NCBI GenBank assembly: GCA_011391075.1 | Contig: JAABRF010000002.1 | Coordinates: 5,280-69,279 of the forward strand | DNA length: 64,000 bases | Source: Flavobacteriia bacterium | GTDB lineage: Bacteria; Bacteroidota; Bacteroidia; Flavobacteriales; Flavobacteriaceae | Direction of reading: 5' to 3' | Shown: one piece after another, positions 9,410-19,005 of the stretch | How the letters are laid out: each line of letters starts with the position of its first letter | Position numbering within the stretch: position 1 is the stretch's first letter | Position numbers and translations under genes: made by a program | Notes under the pieces: generated by a model | Told to the model about the DNA's origin: nothing | What the model saw: only the letters and a program-made list of their open reading frames with translations | Databases searched by the model: none

Positions 9410-11221
9410 TTATAATTGTTTTTCTTCTAGGTTTTGTAACAATTCTGCCTGATACTCTTCTAAGACCGGCTTAACTGTACTTTCGGGTAAATCGGCTATT
9501 TTGATATACATAAGACCGTCAATGGCATTGTTAAATTTGGGATCAACATTGAATGCAACCAACCTCGCATTTTGTTTTACATACTTTTTAATCAGAACAG
9601 GAATACGTAATCCTTCGGGTTCAATTTCGGTAATGAGTTTGTCAAACTTATTCATATCTGCTTGAGCTTCATCAAATACAAAGTCCTTGTCTGCGTCTTT
9701 GAGGCGAACTTTATATTCCTTTTTAGGATTGATATATTGAGCCACAAAAGGATCGTAATAATGCGATTTCATGAATTCGATCATCAGAGATTTTGAAAAA
9801 TTGGAAAACTGATTGCTGATGCTAACTCCGCCAATCAAATATTTATTCTCCGGATAACGCAAGGTAACATGAATAATTCCTTTCCACAACAAAAATAAAG
9901 GCATCGGTTTTTGTTGATACTCCTTGATGACAAAAGCCCTTCCCATTTCAATTGATTCCAACATCATTTTGTTGAGTTCAGGTTCAAACTTAAACAAACT
10001 GTTGATGTAAAATCCTTTCATTCCATACTTGGGGAAAATCTCATGTCCCAAACCCATTCTATAGGCTCCTGCAATGAGCTGAGATTCAGCATCCCACAAG
10101 AAAAGATGATAGTAATAATTGTCAAATTTATCCAAATCAATCGGATTATTGGTTCCTTCCCCAACTTCTCTAAAAGTGATTTCCCTCAGTCTCCCAATTT
10201 CCATCAAAATATTGGGAATATCCTTGGTTTTGGTAAAATATATTTCATAATTTTTGAGAGACAAAAATCGCTTATTTGAATTTCTCAAAAACTCAATTTC
10301 CTGAACTATTTTTTCCTTTTCAATAGCTTTTACGATGGGTTTGGGTGGTTTTTCGGGTAATTTCAACTTTTCTTTGGCTTGCTCCAAAGGATTTTGTTTC
10401 ACTTGAAATGCATTGGCCAACAAATAAGTCTTTTGTCTTAAATATTGAGTAAGCTCTTCTATGCTTTCATGTTGTTCCAATTCCGACAGTTGAATTGCTT
10501 TACCAATACGCAATTTAATAGGTTTATTTGCTTTATTGAGCAATTCAGAAGGCAATTTGGCTGTTCTAAATATCCCACTGATTTTAGCTAACAAATAAAA
10601 GAAACGGCTGTTGCGGGTATGGAAATATATGGGAATAACAGGAACACCAGCTTGTTGGATGATTTTAATGGCACCTTTACTCCAAGGTCTGTCCATATAA
10701 ATATTGTTTTCCTTGACCGTTGACACTTCACCCGCCGGAAAAAAACCCAATGCATGACCGGCAGCTAAATGTTCTCTAGAAAGTTGAGCGCCACCCATGG
10801 TACGGTTGAGGTCTTTGCGGTCTTCAAAAGGATTGACAGCAATGATATAGGGAGCTATAGGTTTAACTTTGGTAAGTAAAAAATTACCTGTTATTTTGAA
10901 ATCAGGTCTGATTTCAGTTAAAATTTTCAACAATATAATACCATCAGCACCACCCAATGGATGGTTGGATATCGTTATAAAAGGACCTTGTTTGGGAATG
11001 CGTTTTAATTCTTCTTCCTGAAATTCCACTTTGAGATGAAATTTCTCTAAAAGTCCTTCAAAGAAAGCTTTACCTTCTAAATGTTTTACAGAATCATAGA
11101 CTATGTTTACACCATCAATTCGCAGAATTTTAAGTAGAAACCAACCTATAAACGTACCCAAAAAACCTAACTTATGTAACTTTAAAACCTTAGCAATATC
11201 TTTAGAGGACACTAAACTCAT
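9410..11221 (-). CDS. olsF: Bifunctional acyltransferase: N-terminal PlsC-like O-acyltransferase (NHxxxxD box) fused to a C-terminal OlsB/GNAT-like N-acyltransferase (OlsF-type ornithine/amino-acid lipid synthase)
   Basis: ISNHPLGGADG (HX4D acyltransferase motif) and FPAGEVS in the N-terminal half. The C-terminal ~300 aa have hemolysin-like GNAT character (FREVGEGTNNPIDLDKFDNYYYHLFLWD). The ~600-aa fused architecture matches OlsF of Serratia/Flavobacterium. Confidence 0.6.
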   Translation of the reverse strand: MSLVSSKDIAKVLKLHKLGFLGTFIGWFLLKILRIDGVNIVYDSVKHLEGKAFFEGLLEKFHLKVEFQEEELKRIPKQGPFITISNHPLGGADGIILLKILTEIRPDFKITGNFLLTKVKPIAPYIIAVNPFEDRKDLNRTMGGAQLSREHLAAGHALGFFPAGEVSTVKENNIYMDRPWSKGAIKIIQQAGVPVIPIYFHTRNSRFFYLLAKISGIFRTAKLPSELLNKANKPIKLRIGKAIQLSELEQHESIEELTQYLRQKTYLLANAFQVKQNPLEQAKEKLKLPEKPPKPIVKAIEKEKIVQEIEFLRNSNKRFLSLKNYEIYFTKTKDIPNILMEIGRLREITFREVGEGTNNPIDLDKFDNYYYHLFLWDAESQLIAGAYRMGLGHEIFPKYGMKGFYINSLFKFEPELNKMMLESIEMGRAFVIKEYQQKPMPLFLLWKGIIHVTLRYPENKYLIGGVSISNQFSNFSKSLMIEFMKSHYYDPFVAQYINPKKEYKVRLKDADKDFVFDEAQADMNKFDKLITEIEPEGLRIPVLIKKYVKQNARLVAFNVDPKFNNAIDGLMYIKIADLPESTVKPVLEEYQAELLQNLEEKQL

Positions 11222-11382
11222 CTGTCGATTTTATTTTTGGCAAACCTCCATAAAAAATTTGATTCACACAAGAAATAATGTTAAAAAAATAGATTTATAA
11301 AATAAAAAAAACAGGTTTAAGTTTTAAATAAATCCAAAACAAAAACCTGAATATGAAAACATTACCGAGAATTTCAATAGGA

Positions 11383-12060
11383 TTATTTTTCCTCGATAAG
11401 ATATTTATAAATGACTGCACCAAGTAGTCCTCCAATAACAGGTGCTACAATAAACAACCATAATTGGTTCAAGGCATTTCCACCAACAAATAATGCTGGA
11501 CCTATACTCCTTGCAGGATTTACAGAAGTTCCGGTAATCTGAATTCCAACAATATGAATCATGATTAATGCAAAACCAATGGCGATTCCGGCAAATTTTG
11601 CATTAGCTTTCGCGCTAGTAGCACCAAATATTACCAATAAAAATATAGCCGTAAGTACTACTTCGGTAATAAATGCTGCGGTCATAGAATATTCCCCTAA
11701 ATAGCCCAATCCCCATCCATTTTGTCCCAGTCCATCGATTGTCAAATCATAACCCTCTTGTCCACTTGCAATTAAATACAAGACTCCCGATCCGACAATT
11801 GCCCCAAAAATCTGAGACAATATGTAAAAAAGGCTATCCTTTGCTCCTATTTTTCCGGCAAATAGCATACTCAGCGTGATGGCTGGGTTGATATGGCAAC
11901 CTGAAATAGGGCCAATTGCATAAACCATAGTCAATACAGCAATCCCAAAAGCAAACGCAATTCCAAGTACTCCAATTTCTCCTCCGGCTATAACAGCACT
12001 GCCGGTTCCAATAAAAACAAGAACAAAAGTTCCAAAAAATTCAGCAAAATATTTTTTCAT
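11383..12060 (-). CDS. aqpZ: Aquaporin Z (MIP family water channel)
   Basis: Two NPA boxes (SGCHINPAITL and SVNPARS), six TM helices. Confidence 0.85.
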   Translation of the reverse strand: MKKYFAEFFGTFVLVFIGTGSAVIAGGEIGVLGIAFAFGIAVLTMVYAIGPISGCHINPAITLSMLFAGKIGAKDSLFYILSQIFGAIVGSGVLYLIASGQEGYDLTIDGLGQNGWGLGYLGEYSMTAAFITEVVLTAIFLLVIFGATSAKANAKFAGIAIGFALIMIHIVGIQITGTSVNPARSIGPALFVGGNALNQLWLFIVAPVIGGLLGAVIYKYLIEEK

Positions 12061-12198
12061 TTTTTTAGGTATTTGAAAATTAATAATATCAAAGGTAAGA
12101 ATAATATTACATTTGCCTCAAATTTAACATAACTATTCAACTTAAGTTGACATAACAAATTAGGGAATGAAAAAATTCCTTTAAAAAAATCCAAAACA

Positions 12199-12567
12199 AT
12201 GAATATGAATATTGCCGTAATTGCTCACGACGGTAAAAAAGCAGAAATGGTCCAATTTTTAATGGATCATAAAGTGGTTTTGTCTCAAAAAAAAGTAACC
12301 TTATTTGCTACAGGTACCACTGGTGAAAAAGCAGAAAAAGCCGGCTTAATCATTCACAAATTTCTATCAGGTCCAAAAGGTGGAGATGCTCAAATAGCTG
12401 CTAAAGTAGCTGAGGGACAAATGGATATGGTTTTATTTTTCAGAGATCCATTGGACAAACATCCACATGAACCCGACATCATCATGCTCATGAGAATTTG
12501 TGATGTATACAATATTCCATTGGCTACCAATCCTGCAACAGCAGAATTGCTCATCAAGGCTATTTAA
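12199..12567 (+). CDS. mgsA: Methylglyoxal synthase
   Basis: IAVIAHDGKK...LFATGTTG...GGDAQIAAKVAEG...DP...HEPD motifs; 122 aa. Confidence 0.85.
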   Translation: MNMNIAVIAHDGKKAEMVQFLMDHKVVLSQKKVTLFATGTTGEKAEKAGLIIHKFLSGPKGGDAQIAAKVAEGQMDMVLFFRDPLDKHPHEPDIIMLMRICDVYNIPLATNPATAELLIKAI

Positions 12568-12574
12568 AAGCGAG

Positions 12575-12955
12575 TTACAGAACGGCTATCATAGAGATTT
12601 CCACACCTACTCCCAAGGGAAGTTTGCCTACTTGAACGGTTTCTCTTGCAGGTGCAGTTTCGATTTGAAAAAAGCTTCCATAGACTTCATTGACTTGTGC
12701 AAAGTCATTCATATCTTGTAAAAAAATGGAAGTTTTAACTGCATTTTCAAAAGTCATTCCAGCTTCATTTAATATGGCTTCGAGATTTTTCATCACTTGC
12801 AATGTTGAAGCTTTGATGTCATCCACAACCAATGTAGCCGTTTCAGGATTCATAGGTATTTGACCTGAAATAAAAAGAGTATTTCCACTTAATACGGCTT
12901 GGTTATAAGGGCCTATGGGTAGTGGTGCTTTGGCGGTTTTGATAATGATTTTCAT
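12575..12955 (-). CDS. ridA: RidA/YjgF/TdcF-family reactive-intermediate deaminase
   Basis: 126 aa; APLPIGPYNQAV...LFISGQIP...PARETVQVGKLPLGVGVEI signature. Confidence 0.85.
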   Translation of the reverse strand: MKIIIKTAKAPLPIGPYNQAVLSGNTLFISGQIPMNPETATLVVDDIKASTLQVMKNLEAILNEAGMTFENAVKTSIFLQDMNDFAQVNEVYGSFFQIETAPARETVQVGKLPLGVGVEISMIAVL

Positions 12956-13002
12956 TGTGTATAATTTTGTAAAGTTTTGATGATTTGTAAATGAGTATAT
13001 TA

Positions 13003-13037
13003 AGTCCCGATTCCCGATAGCTATCGCAAGGGATAGG
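13003..13037. repeat. Degenerate copy of the GTCCCGATAGCTATCGGGAC palindromic element
   Basis: agtcccgattcccgatagctatcgcaagggatagg in the ridA/DUF3575 divergent intergenic region. Confidence 0.5.
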
Positions 13038-13261
13038 TTATTAGGTTATTTATATAAAAACAAAGGTATACAATTCATGAGCAATATAAATAACATTTAT
13101 TACATTTGCATATAAAAAAGTATGAGAACAGATTAAAAAATTTTTCATTTTTGAATAAGATTGAAAAATTAAATCATTACAAAAAGAATTCATACAAAAT
13201 TATTTTCATCATATTTTATTGATTACTGTAGTTTTTACAAAACAAAAACCAAAAAGTCCAT

Positions 13262-13777
13262 ATGAAAAAATTATTTTTATTCTTAATGCTATTAAACGCT
13301 TCTGTTTTTGCTCAAAGTGGGAAAAATGTACTCAAAACAAATTTAGTTTATGATGCCTTTTCAATCGTGAATCTAAATTTCGAACATGTTATTTCAGAAA
13401 AATCTTCGCTTGAAATTGGTCTTAATTTTACCTTATTATCCAATGCAGATTCAGAAAAGAGAAAAGCTGTGGATTTTGCATTTAGACATTACTTATCCAA
13501 GAAGAAAAAATGTCCTGAAGGAGTATATATCTCACCTATTTTAAGTTTTTTTTCTTCTGAATATCTTGATTATGGTTCAGATATTTACAATCCTGAAAAG
13601 GCAACAAAAGAAGGAATAGGCTATGGTCTGAAAGCAGGCTATCAATTAATTACTGATGGAGGTTTAAGTGTTGATTTTTTTGGAGGATTCGGGATAAATT
13701 CTTCATATAATCCATTTTCAATCAATGGAATGGGCGATGTGCCTATTGCCGGTATAGCTTTGGGATACAATTTCTAA
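13262..13777 (+). CDS. Small secreted outer-membrane beta-barrel-type protein (DUF3575-like)
   Basis: Signal peptide MKKLFLFLMLLNASVFAQ, alternating hydrophobic beta-strand pattern, and C-terminal aromatic ending (LGYNF). Confidence 0.4.
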   Translation: MKKLFLFLMLLNASVFAQSGKNVLKTNLVYDAFSIVNLNFEHVISEKSSLEIGLNFTLLSNADSEKRKAVDFAFRHYLSKKKKCPEGVYISPILSFFSSEYLDYGSDIYNPEKATKEGIGYGLKAGYQLITDGGLSVDFFGGFGINSSYNPFSINGMGDVPIAGIALGYNF

Positions 13778-13857
13778 ATGAGTATAATATCGATTTTTCA
13801 ATTTTTTTACCGGAAATTTTGAATTGAGTTAAATTAGATTTTACTAAAAGAAATTAA

Positions 13858-16479
13858 TTAAAATAATCTTCTATCCGGCAAACTCTGTTTTTCGTATTTC
13901 AAATCACTTAATACAGAAGATTTAACACCTATATAAAAGTAATACGTTGATCTGCCTCCAAATGGAACCCAATTAAAACTCATCTGCCAGCTATCTAAAT
14001 CGCGTTGAAAATTGAGCTGAGTATAGGTAATTCCTTTATTCTTGAAATCATAACCCGAACTGTATCCTACACTCCATTTTGGGGTGAGCTCTACATCTCC
14101 GTTAAACATCAGGGAACTGGATGTAATTTTCCCTTGATCTGCACCTTGATTTGAAAATTGAAGTGAATAGGACAAATTCATATTCCACGGGATATTGAGA
14201 TAATACAATTTGGCCTTCTTTACATTTTCTTGTTCCCCATTCCCTTGATTATTCCTACTTTTTAAATCTCCTCCCATCATTTCTCCTTCATCAATGGAAG
14301 TGTCCTTTGATTTATCTTCATCTCTGGATTTTTCTCCGCTAAAAGTTTCATCCGACAAACTGTAATTTAAGGTAATCCCGGCATTGGTCATTCTAAATAA
14401 ACTACCACCATTGGCAATGTTAAAGGTATCTATTCTATTACCGGCTGCATTGATGGCGTAGGGATCCAAAGTTGCATTCATGTTGATTCTCAATTTTTTA
14501 TCAAATAAATCTACACCTGTTGTAAGTCCAAAAGTTGACCATCTCAAGGAATCTCTCGTAATGTCATAGGAGCCTGAAATATTTAAATTATTCAACAAGG
14601 AAATGCGTTTGGGTTCTGTTTTGGTGGAATCCTTTTCCATCACTTTGGCTTCAAATGTATTTCTGATATTGATTCCAATGCTATTGGAAACACCAGATCC
14701 AGGTGATCCAAACATGGCTCCTTCAAAAGGTGAATAGGAAACATATTCATTTTTCAAAGGATCGTAATAGGTTTTGTTATAAAAACCAAAATCTGGTCTA
14801 TAACTATAAGAAACGGATGGAGAAATGGTATGCCGAATGGCTTTCAATCTTCCCTTTTTGAAATTAAATGTCCCGTAAATATTGGTGGATATACCTACAC
14901 CCATACTATAATCTCTTATGGATTTAAAACCATTTATAGTATCTTTCAATACTTTATTGGTATTGACATCAAAACTTTTACTGATGTAATCCAAATACCA
15001 ATATTCATTGTAGTTGGCCGATGGATTTAATGTAAAATAGGTAAGCATTTTCATGTTGGTACTCAAACTGACGGTATGTTTCATTCCGGTTCGAGCGCCT
15101 TCAAACATTCTTTTACTCAAAAAATCTTCATCATTTGTTTTGATATCATAACGACCATTGAGATTGTAATTCAAACTGATCCGATGAATGGCGTTCTTTT
15201 TACTTCCATTTTTGGGAGCAAATGGATAAATACGATCCATATTCAACACCATTGAAGGTAAGGTCATATTGATATCTTGTGTATTGGTGTTTTGAGAATG
15301 GGTAGCCGACAAACTCAGATTAAATGGAGTACCAACAAACTTCTTGGAATAGGAAATAGATGAATTTAAGGTATTGTTCAGGAATGAACTAGTACTGAAT
15401 TCATTTAGTGATTCTTTAAAATACTTGCTGCTTCCCATGTTGACGGAAGCCGATAAAGTGGCATTGGGATTGGCAGCAGCATCTTGACTGTGTGACCATT
15501 GGATATTGTATTGGGTGGATTTACTGTAATCATCAAAACCTTTCAAACTATTGATGTTGTTGTCATAATTAAAATTAAGACTACCTCTAAATTTGTATTT
15601 TAATGCATAACTACTACGGGCGCTTGCTCCCCAACTCCCATTGGTATAAATATCACCCGTCAATGCCAGATCAAAATAATCACTGATAGCCAGATAATAA
15701 CCCCCATTTTGTAAAAAATAACCTTTGCCGGCGTTTTCACCCCAAGTAGGCATCAATATTCCAGAAGTACGGGTTTTGGTTAAAGGAAAATAAGCAAAAG
15801 GTAAAATAGCCGGGGTAGGCACATCAGCAATATAAAGTTGCGACATTCCTGCAATGATTTTTTTATTAGGAATTATTTTAGCCTTATTGAGATCGATGTA
15901 ATAATCGGGACGTTCTTTTTTGGATGTTGTAATGGAAATATCTCGAACATAAAGTGTAGAATCATTTACTTTTTTAGTCACACCACTTCCTACAAACATT
16001 TCTCCTTGTTGTGATTTCAATCCCCAAATCAGGGCTCTTTCCGTTTTGTAATTGACTATTAAGGAATCCTGAGTAGATTCTTCTTCCCCTTGTTTGAAAT
16101 AAGGAAGCTGCTGATAACCCAGACTATCCAAAATGCCAAATGCTTTGATGAGTTCATTTTTGTAATCTATAATGATGACTCCAGCTTCCAAGTCAACATC
16201 TTGGTAATGTAATTTAGCATTGTTGTATAAAGTCGTAATATTCTTTTCCAAATCGATTGCAATATAATCATCGGCAGTATGTGTGACGATATCAGCTAGT
16301 GCTTCTTTGGGTTTATTGACTTTCAAAGTGTCATTCACAATACTATCCTGATTGGTAAAAGTATCTGACAACATTTTTTCTTGCAATGGCGAAACAGGAG
16401 TAATTTGTGCTTGTAACGGCAAAAACAAACTCAAGGCAACTATTAAAAAAAATGCTAATGGCTTCAAATGATTTAACAA
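13858..16479 (-). CDS. Large outer-membrane protein, putative LPS-assembly protein LptD/OstA-like
   Basis: 873 aa, signal peptide, N-terminal OstA-like region, long Ser/Asn/Tyr-rich beta-barrel. Divergent from the amidase-MlaD pair, as in Flavobacteriia. Confidence 0.5.
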   Translation of the reverse strand: MLNHLKPLAFFLIVALSLFLPLQAQITPVSPLQEKMLSDTFTNQDSIVNDTLKVNKPKEALADIVTHTADDYIAIDLEKNITTLYNNAKLHYQDVDLEAGVIIIDYKNELIKAFGILDSLGYQQLPYFKQGEEESTQDSLIVNYKTERALIWGLKSQQGEMFVGSGVTKKVNDSTLYVRDISITTSKKERPDYYIDLNKAKIIPNKKIIAGMSQLYIADVPTPAILPFAYFPLTKTRTSGILMPTWGENAGKGYFLQNGGYYLAISDYFDLALTGDIYTNGSWGASARSSYALKYKFRGSLNFNYDNNINSLKGFDDYSKSTQYNIQWSHSQDAAANPNATLSASVNMGSSKYFKESLNEFSTSSFLNNTLNSSISYSKKFVGTPFNLSLSATHSQNTNTQDINMTLPSMVLNMDRIYPFAPKNGSKKNAIHRISLNYNLNGRYDIKTNDEDFLSKRMFEGARTGMKHTVSLSTNMKMLTYFTLNPSANYNEYWYLDYISKSFDVNTNKVLKDTINGFKSIRDYSMGVGISTNIYGTFNFKKGRLKAIRHTISPSVSYSYRPDFGFYNKTYYDPLKNEYVSYSPFEGAMFGSPGSGVSNSIGINIRNTFEAKVMEKDSTKTEPKRISLLNNLNISGSYDITRDSLRWSTFGLTTGVDLFDKKLRINMNATLDPYAINAAGNRIDTFNIANGGSLFRMTNAGITLNYSLSDETFSGEKSRDEDKSKDTSIDEGEMMGGDLKSRNNQGNGEQENVKKAKLYYLNIPWNMNLSYSLQFSNQGADQGKITSSSLMFNGDVELTPKWSVGYSSGYDFKNKGITYTQLNFQRDLDSWQMSFNWVPFGGRSTYYFYIGVKSSVLSDLKYEKQSLPDRRLF

Positions 16480-16631
16480 TGAAATGTGGATTAGTATTTA
16501 ATATTTTACTTGTTTCTGTTGGAAATTATAGTAATTTCGCATAGTTATTTTTACTCAAAATCCTTATTGGGCCAATGTGGCTCAATATTTGTGACGAAAC
16601 AGTCGAAAAATCGGTCAAAAATAAGTAAAAT

Positions 16632-17831
16632 ATGCGGGTAAATTCCCAACAAAATAATAAAAATGTTTTTCTATTTTCCAAGAAGCTCATTCTTTTGTGC
16701 TTATTGGGCTTAATAGCCATTTCACCTGTTTCCATTTTTGCTCAAAACAAAACTTTTACCGTTGTTTTGGATCCAGGTCATGGTGGAAAAGATCCTGGAA
16801 CCATCGGTACCAAACGTTATAAAACCATTTTTGAAAAAGATATCGTACTTTCTGTTGCCTTAAAAGTTGGAGCACTACTCGAAAAAGAAATGCCGAATGT
16901 CAAAGTTATTTATACCCGTAAAACCGACGTTTTTGTAGAATTACACAAAAGAGGTGAAATTGCCAATAAAGCCGATGCCGATCTTTTTATTTCCATTCAC
17001 ATCAATGCAGCTACTCCTACTGCCAAAGGAACCGAAACTTACGTTTTGGGCGTTCATCGCAATGAGTCTAACTTGGCTGTAGCCAAAATGGAAAATGATG
17101 TCATTTTAATGGAATCCAATTACGAAAAACATTATGCTTATAACCCTAATGATCCCAGTTCAATCATTGGTTTGACTTTAATGCAAGAAGATTTTTTAGA
17201 TCAGAGTATTCGAATGGCTAAAATCTTAGAAAAGAGTTTTATAGATATTGGAAATCGCAATTCTAAAGGAGTCAAACAAGCAGGTTTTGTCGTTTTACAC
17301 CAATCTTATATGCCTGCTATCCTAACCGAAATAGGTTTTTTGAGCAATAAAGAAGAAGAAGATTTTCTGCGAACTGAAGATGGCCAAAATAAGATGGCTC
17401 AATCCATGTTTGGGGCAATTAAAAAATATAAATCAGAACTCGATCACAACAACAATGATCCATCCAATATCGAGATAATTGAAGCCGAAAACCAAGTGGA
17501 ATCTACTGAACAAGCGATTGATAAAACAGAAACAATTCCTATTGTAAAAGAAAATCAGCGTAATTATGAAGGTGTTATTTTCAAAGTTCAGATTGCATCC
17601 AGCAAAAACAATTTAGATACAAAAGCTTCCAATTTCAAAGGTCTTGAAGGTATAGAACGCGTTAAAACAGGTGATCATTACAAATACTATTTGGGGAAAA
17701 CCTCCAATTATGATGAAATCCTGATTTCAAGAGAAAAAGCCACTTCCAAAGGATATACCGATTGCTTTATTGTCGCTTTTAAAGGGAATGAACGGGTATC
17801 AGTTACCGATGTTTTAAATAGTAAAAAATAA
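16632..17831 (+). CDS. N-acetylmuramoyl-L-alanine amidase (Amidase_3) with C-terminal SPOR domain
   Basis: VLDPGHGGKDPG...SIHINA...GFL amidase_3 motifs. The C-terminal FKVQIASSKNNLD...YKYYLGKTSNYDEILISREKATSKGYTDCFIVAFKG is SPOR-like. Confidence 0.8.
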   Translation: MRVNSQQNNKNVFLFSKKLILLCLLGLIAISPVSIFAQNKTFTVVLDPGHGGKDPGTIGTKRYKTIFEKDIVLSVALKVGALLEKEMPNVKVIYTRKTDVFVELHKRGEIANKADADLFISIHINAATPTAKGTETYVLGVHRNESNLAVAKMENDVILMESNYEKHYAYNPNDPSSIIGLTLMQEDFLDQSIRMAKILEKSFIDIGNRNSKGVKQAGFVVLHQSYMPAILTEIGFLSNKEEEDFLRTEDGQNKMAQSMFGAIKKYKSELDHNNNDPSNIEIIEAENQVESTEQAIDKTETIPIVKENQRNYEGVIFKVQIASSKNNLDTKASNFKGLEGIERVKTGDHYKYYLGKTSNYDEILISREKATSKGYTDCFIVAFKGNERVSVTDVLNSKK

Positions 17832-17867
17832 TAAAGAACCAAACGTAATTATAATTGATTTTACAAA

Positions 17868-18833
17868 ATGAAAATTACAAGAGAAGTAAAAACAGGAGTA
17901 GTAGCAATCAGTGCATTGGCTCTATTTATATGGGGATTCAATTTTTTGGACGGTAAAAACTTACTCAAGCCTAAGGTCCCAACTTATTTTGCTGAATATG
18001 CCAATGTTCAAGGCTTGAACAGTGCCAGCAAAGTAACCATCAATGGATTTCAGGTGGGTAAAGTGCAAAACATTACCTTCAGTGATGATCCTAATAAAAA
18101 AGGGCATTTTATTGTAGAATTCAGTGTAGAAGCCGAATTGGATTTCACAAAAAAATCCATTGCCAAAATATACAGTGAAGGCATCATGGGCGGAAAAGCA
18201 TTAGCTATCATTCCATCCTATGAAGGAGAATTGGCCAAACCCGGAGATTTTTTACCCGGTGATTTTGAATCAGATATTTTTTCTTCTGTTTCAGAAAAAT
18301 TAAATCCGTTGCAAGCCAAAGTGGAAAGTATGATAGTACAGGCCGATTCATTATTGGTTGGAATGAATGATGTATTGGATAAAAAAACTCGTAATCATTT
18401 GAAATCCAGCATGGAACAACTTGACGCTTCCATGGTACACCTCAAAGGTGTTTCAGAAAATTTGGACGCTCTTTTAATTCACAACAGATCCAATATTGAC
18501 AAAACTGTTGCCAATGCTGAAAAAGCTACCGGAAAATTGGGTACTTTAACCGACAATATCAATGATGAATTGGAACAAGCCAAAATAGCCGAAACCGTTC
18601 AGGAACTTAAAACCACTCTCGATAATATCAATAAAATTGTAACCGGATTGGATAACGGAGACGGTAGTTTGGGCAAACTCTTAAAAGATGAAAAAATGTA
18701 CAACAATTTGACTGGTGCTTCCAAAGAGTTGGAAGAATTGCTCAAAGAGATGAAAGAACATCCCAAAAGATTTGTTCATTTTTCAGTTTTTGGAAAAAAG
18801 GATAAAGGTTACGTTGAAGAAGAAGTTAAATAA
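17868..18833 (+). CDS. MCE/MlaD-family protein
   Basis: N-terminal TM helix followed by an MCE domain (NVQGLNSASKVTINGFQVGKVQNI) and a long coiled-coil C-terminus. Confidence 0.7.
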   Translation: MKITREVKTGVVAISALALFIWGFNFLDGKNLLKPKVPTYFAEYANVQGLNSASKVTINGFQVGKVQNITFSDDPNKKGHFIVEFSVEAELDFTKKSIAKIYSEGIMGGKALAIIPSYEGELAKPGDFLPGDFESDIFSSVSEKLNPLQAKVESMIVQADSLLVGMNDVLDKKTRNHLKSSMEQLDASMVHLKGVSENLDALLIHNRSNIDKTVANAEKATGKLGTLTDNINDELEQAKIAETVQELKTTLDNINKIVTGLDNGDGSLGKLLKDEKMYNNLTGASKELEELLKEMKEHPKRFVHFSVFGKKDKGYVEEEVK

Positions 18834-18854
18834 TTGGGTTATCTAAAATTCTTA

Positions 18855-18898
18855 AAAAAGTGTCATTTTTTTCTTTTAAAAAAATGACACTTTTTTTA
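18855..18898. terminator. Bidirectional Rho-independent terminator
   Basis: aaaaaagtgtcattttttt-cttt-taaaaaaatgacacttttttt: long hairpin with T-runs on both strands. Confidence 0.6.
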
Positions 18899-19005
18899 AA
18901 CTTATTTCCTTAAACAAAGGTTTATTAAATCCAATTTTACTTCAACATTTATAGCCATACAGACAATTTTCTTATATTTGTAGCACTGAAGCAAATATTT
19001 AAGAC

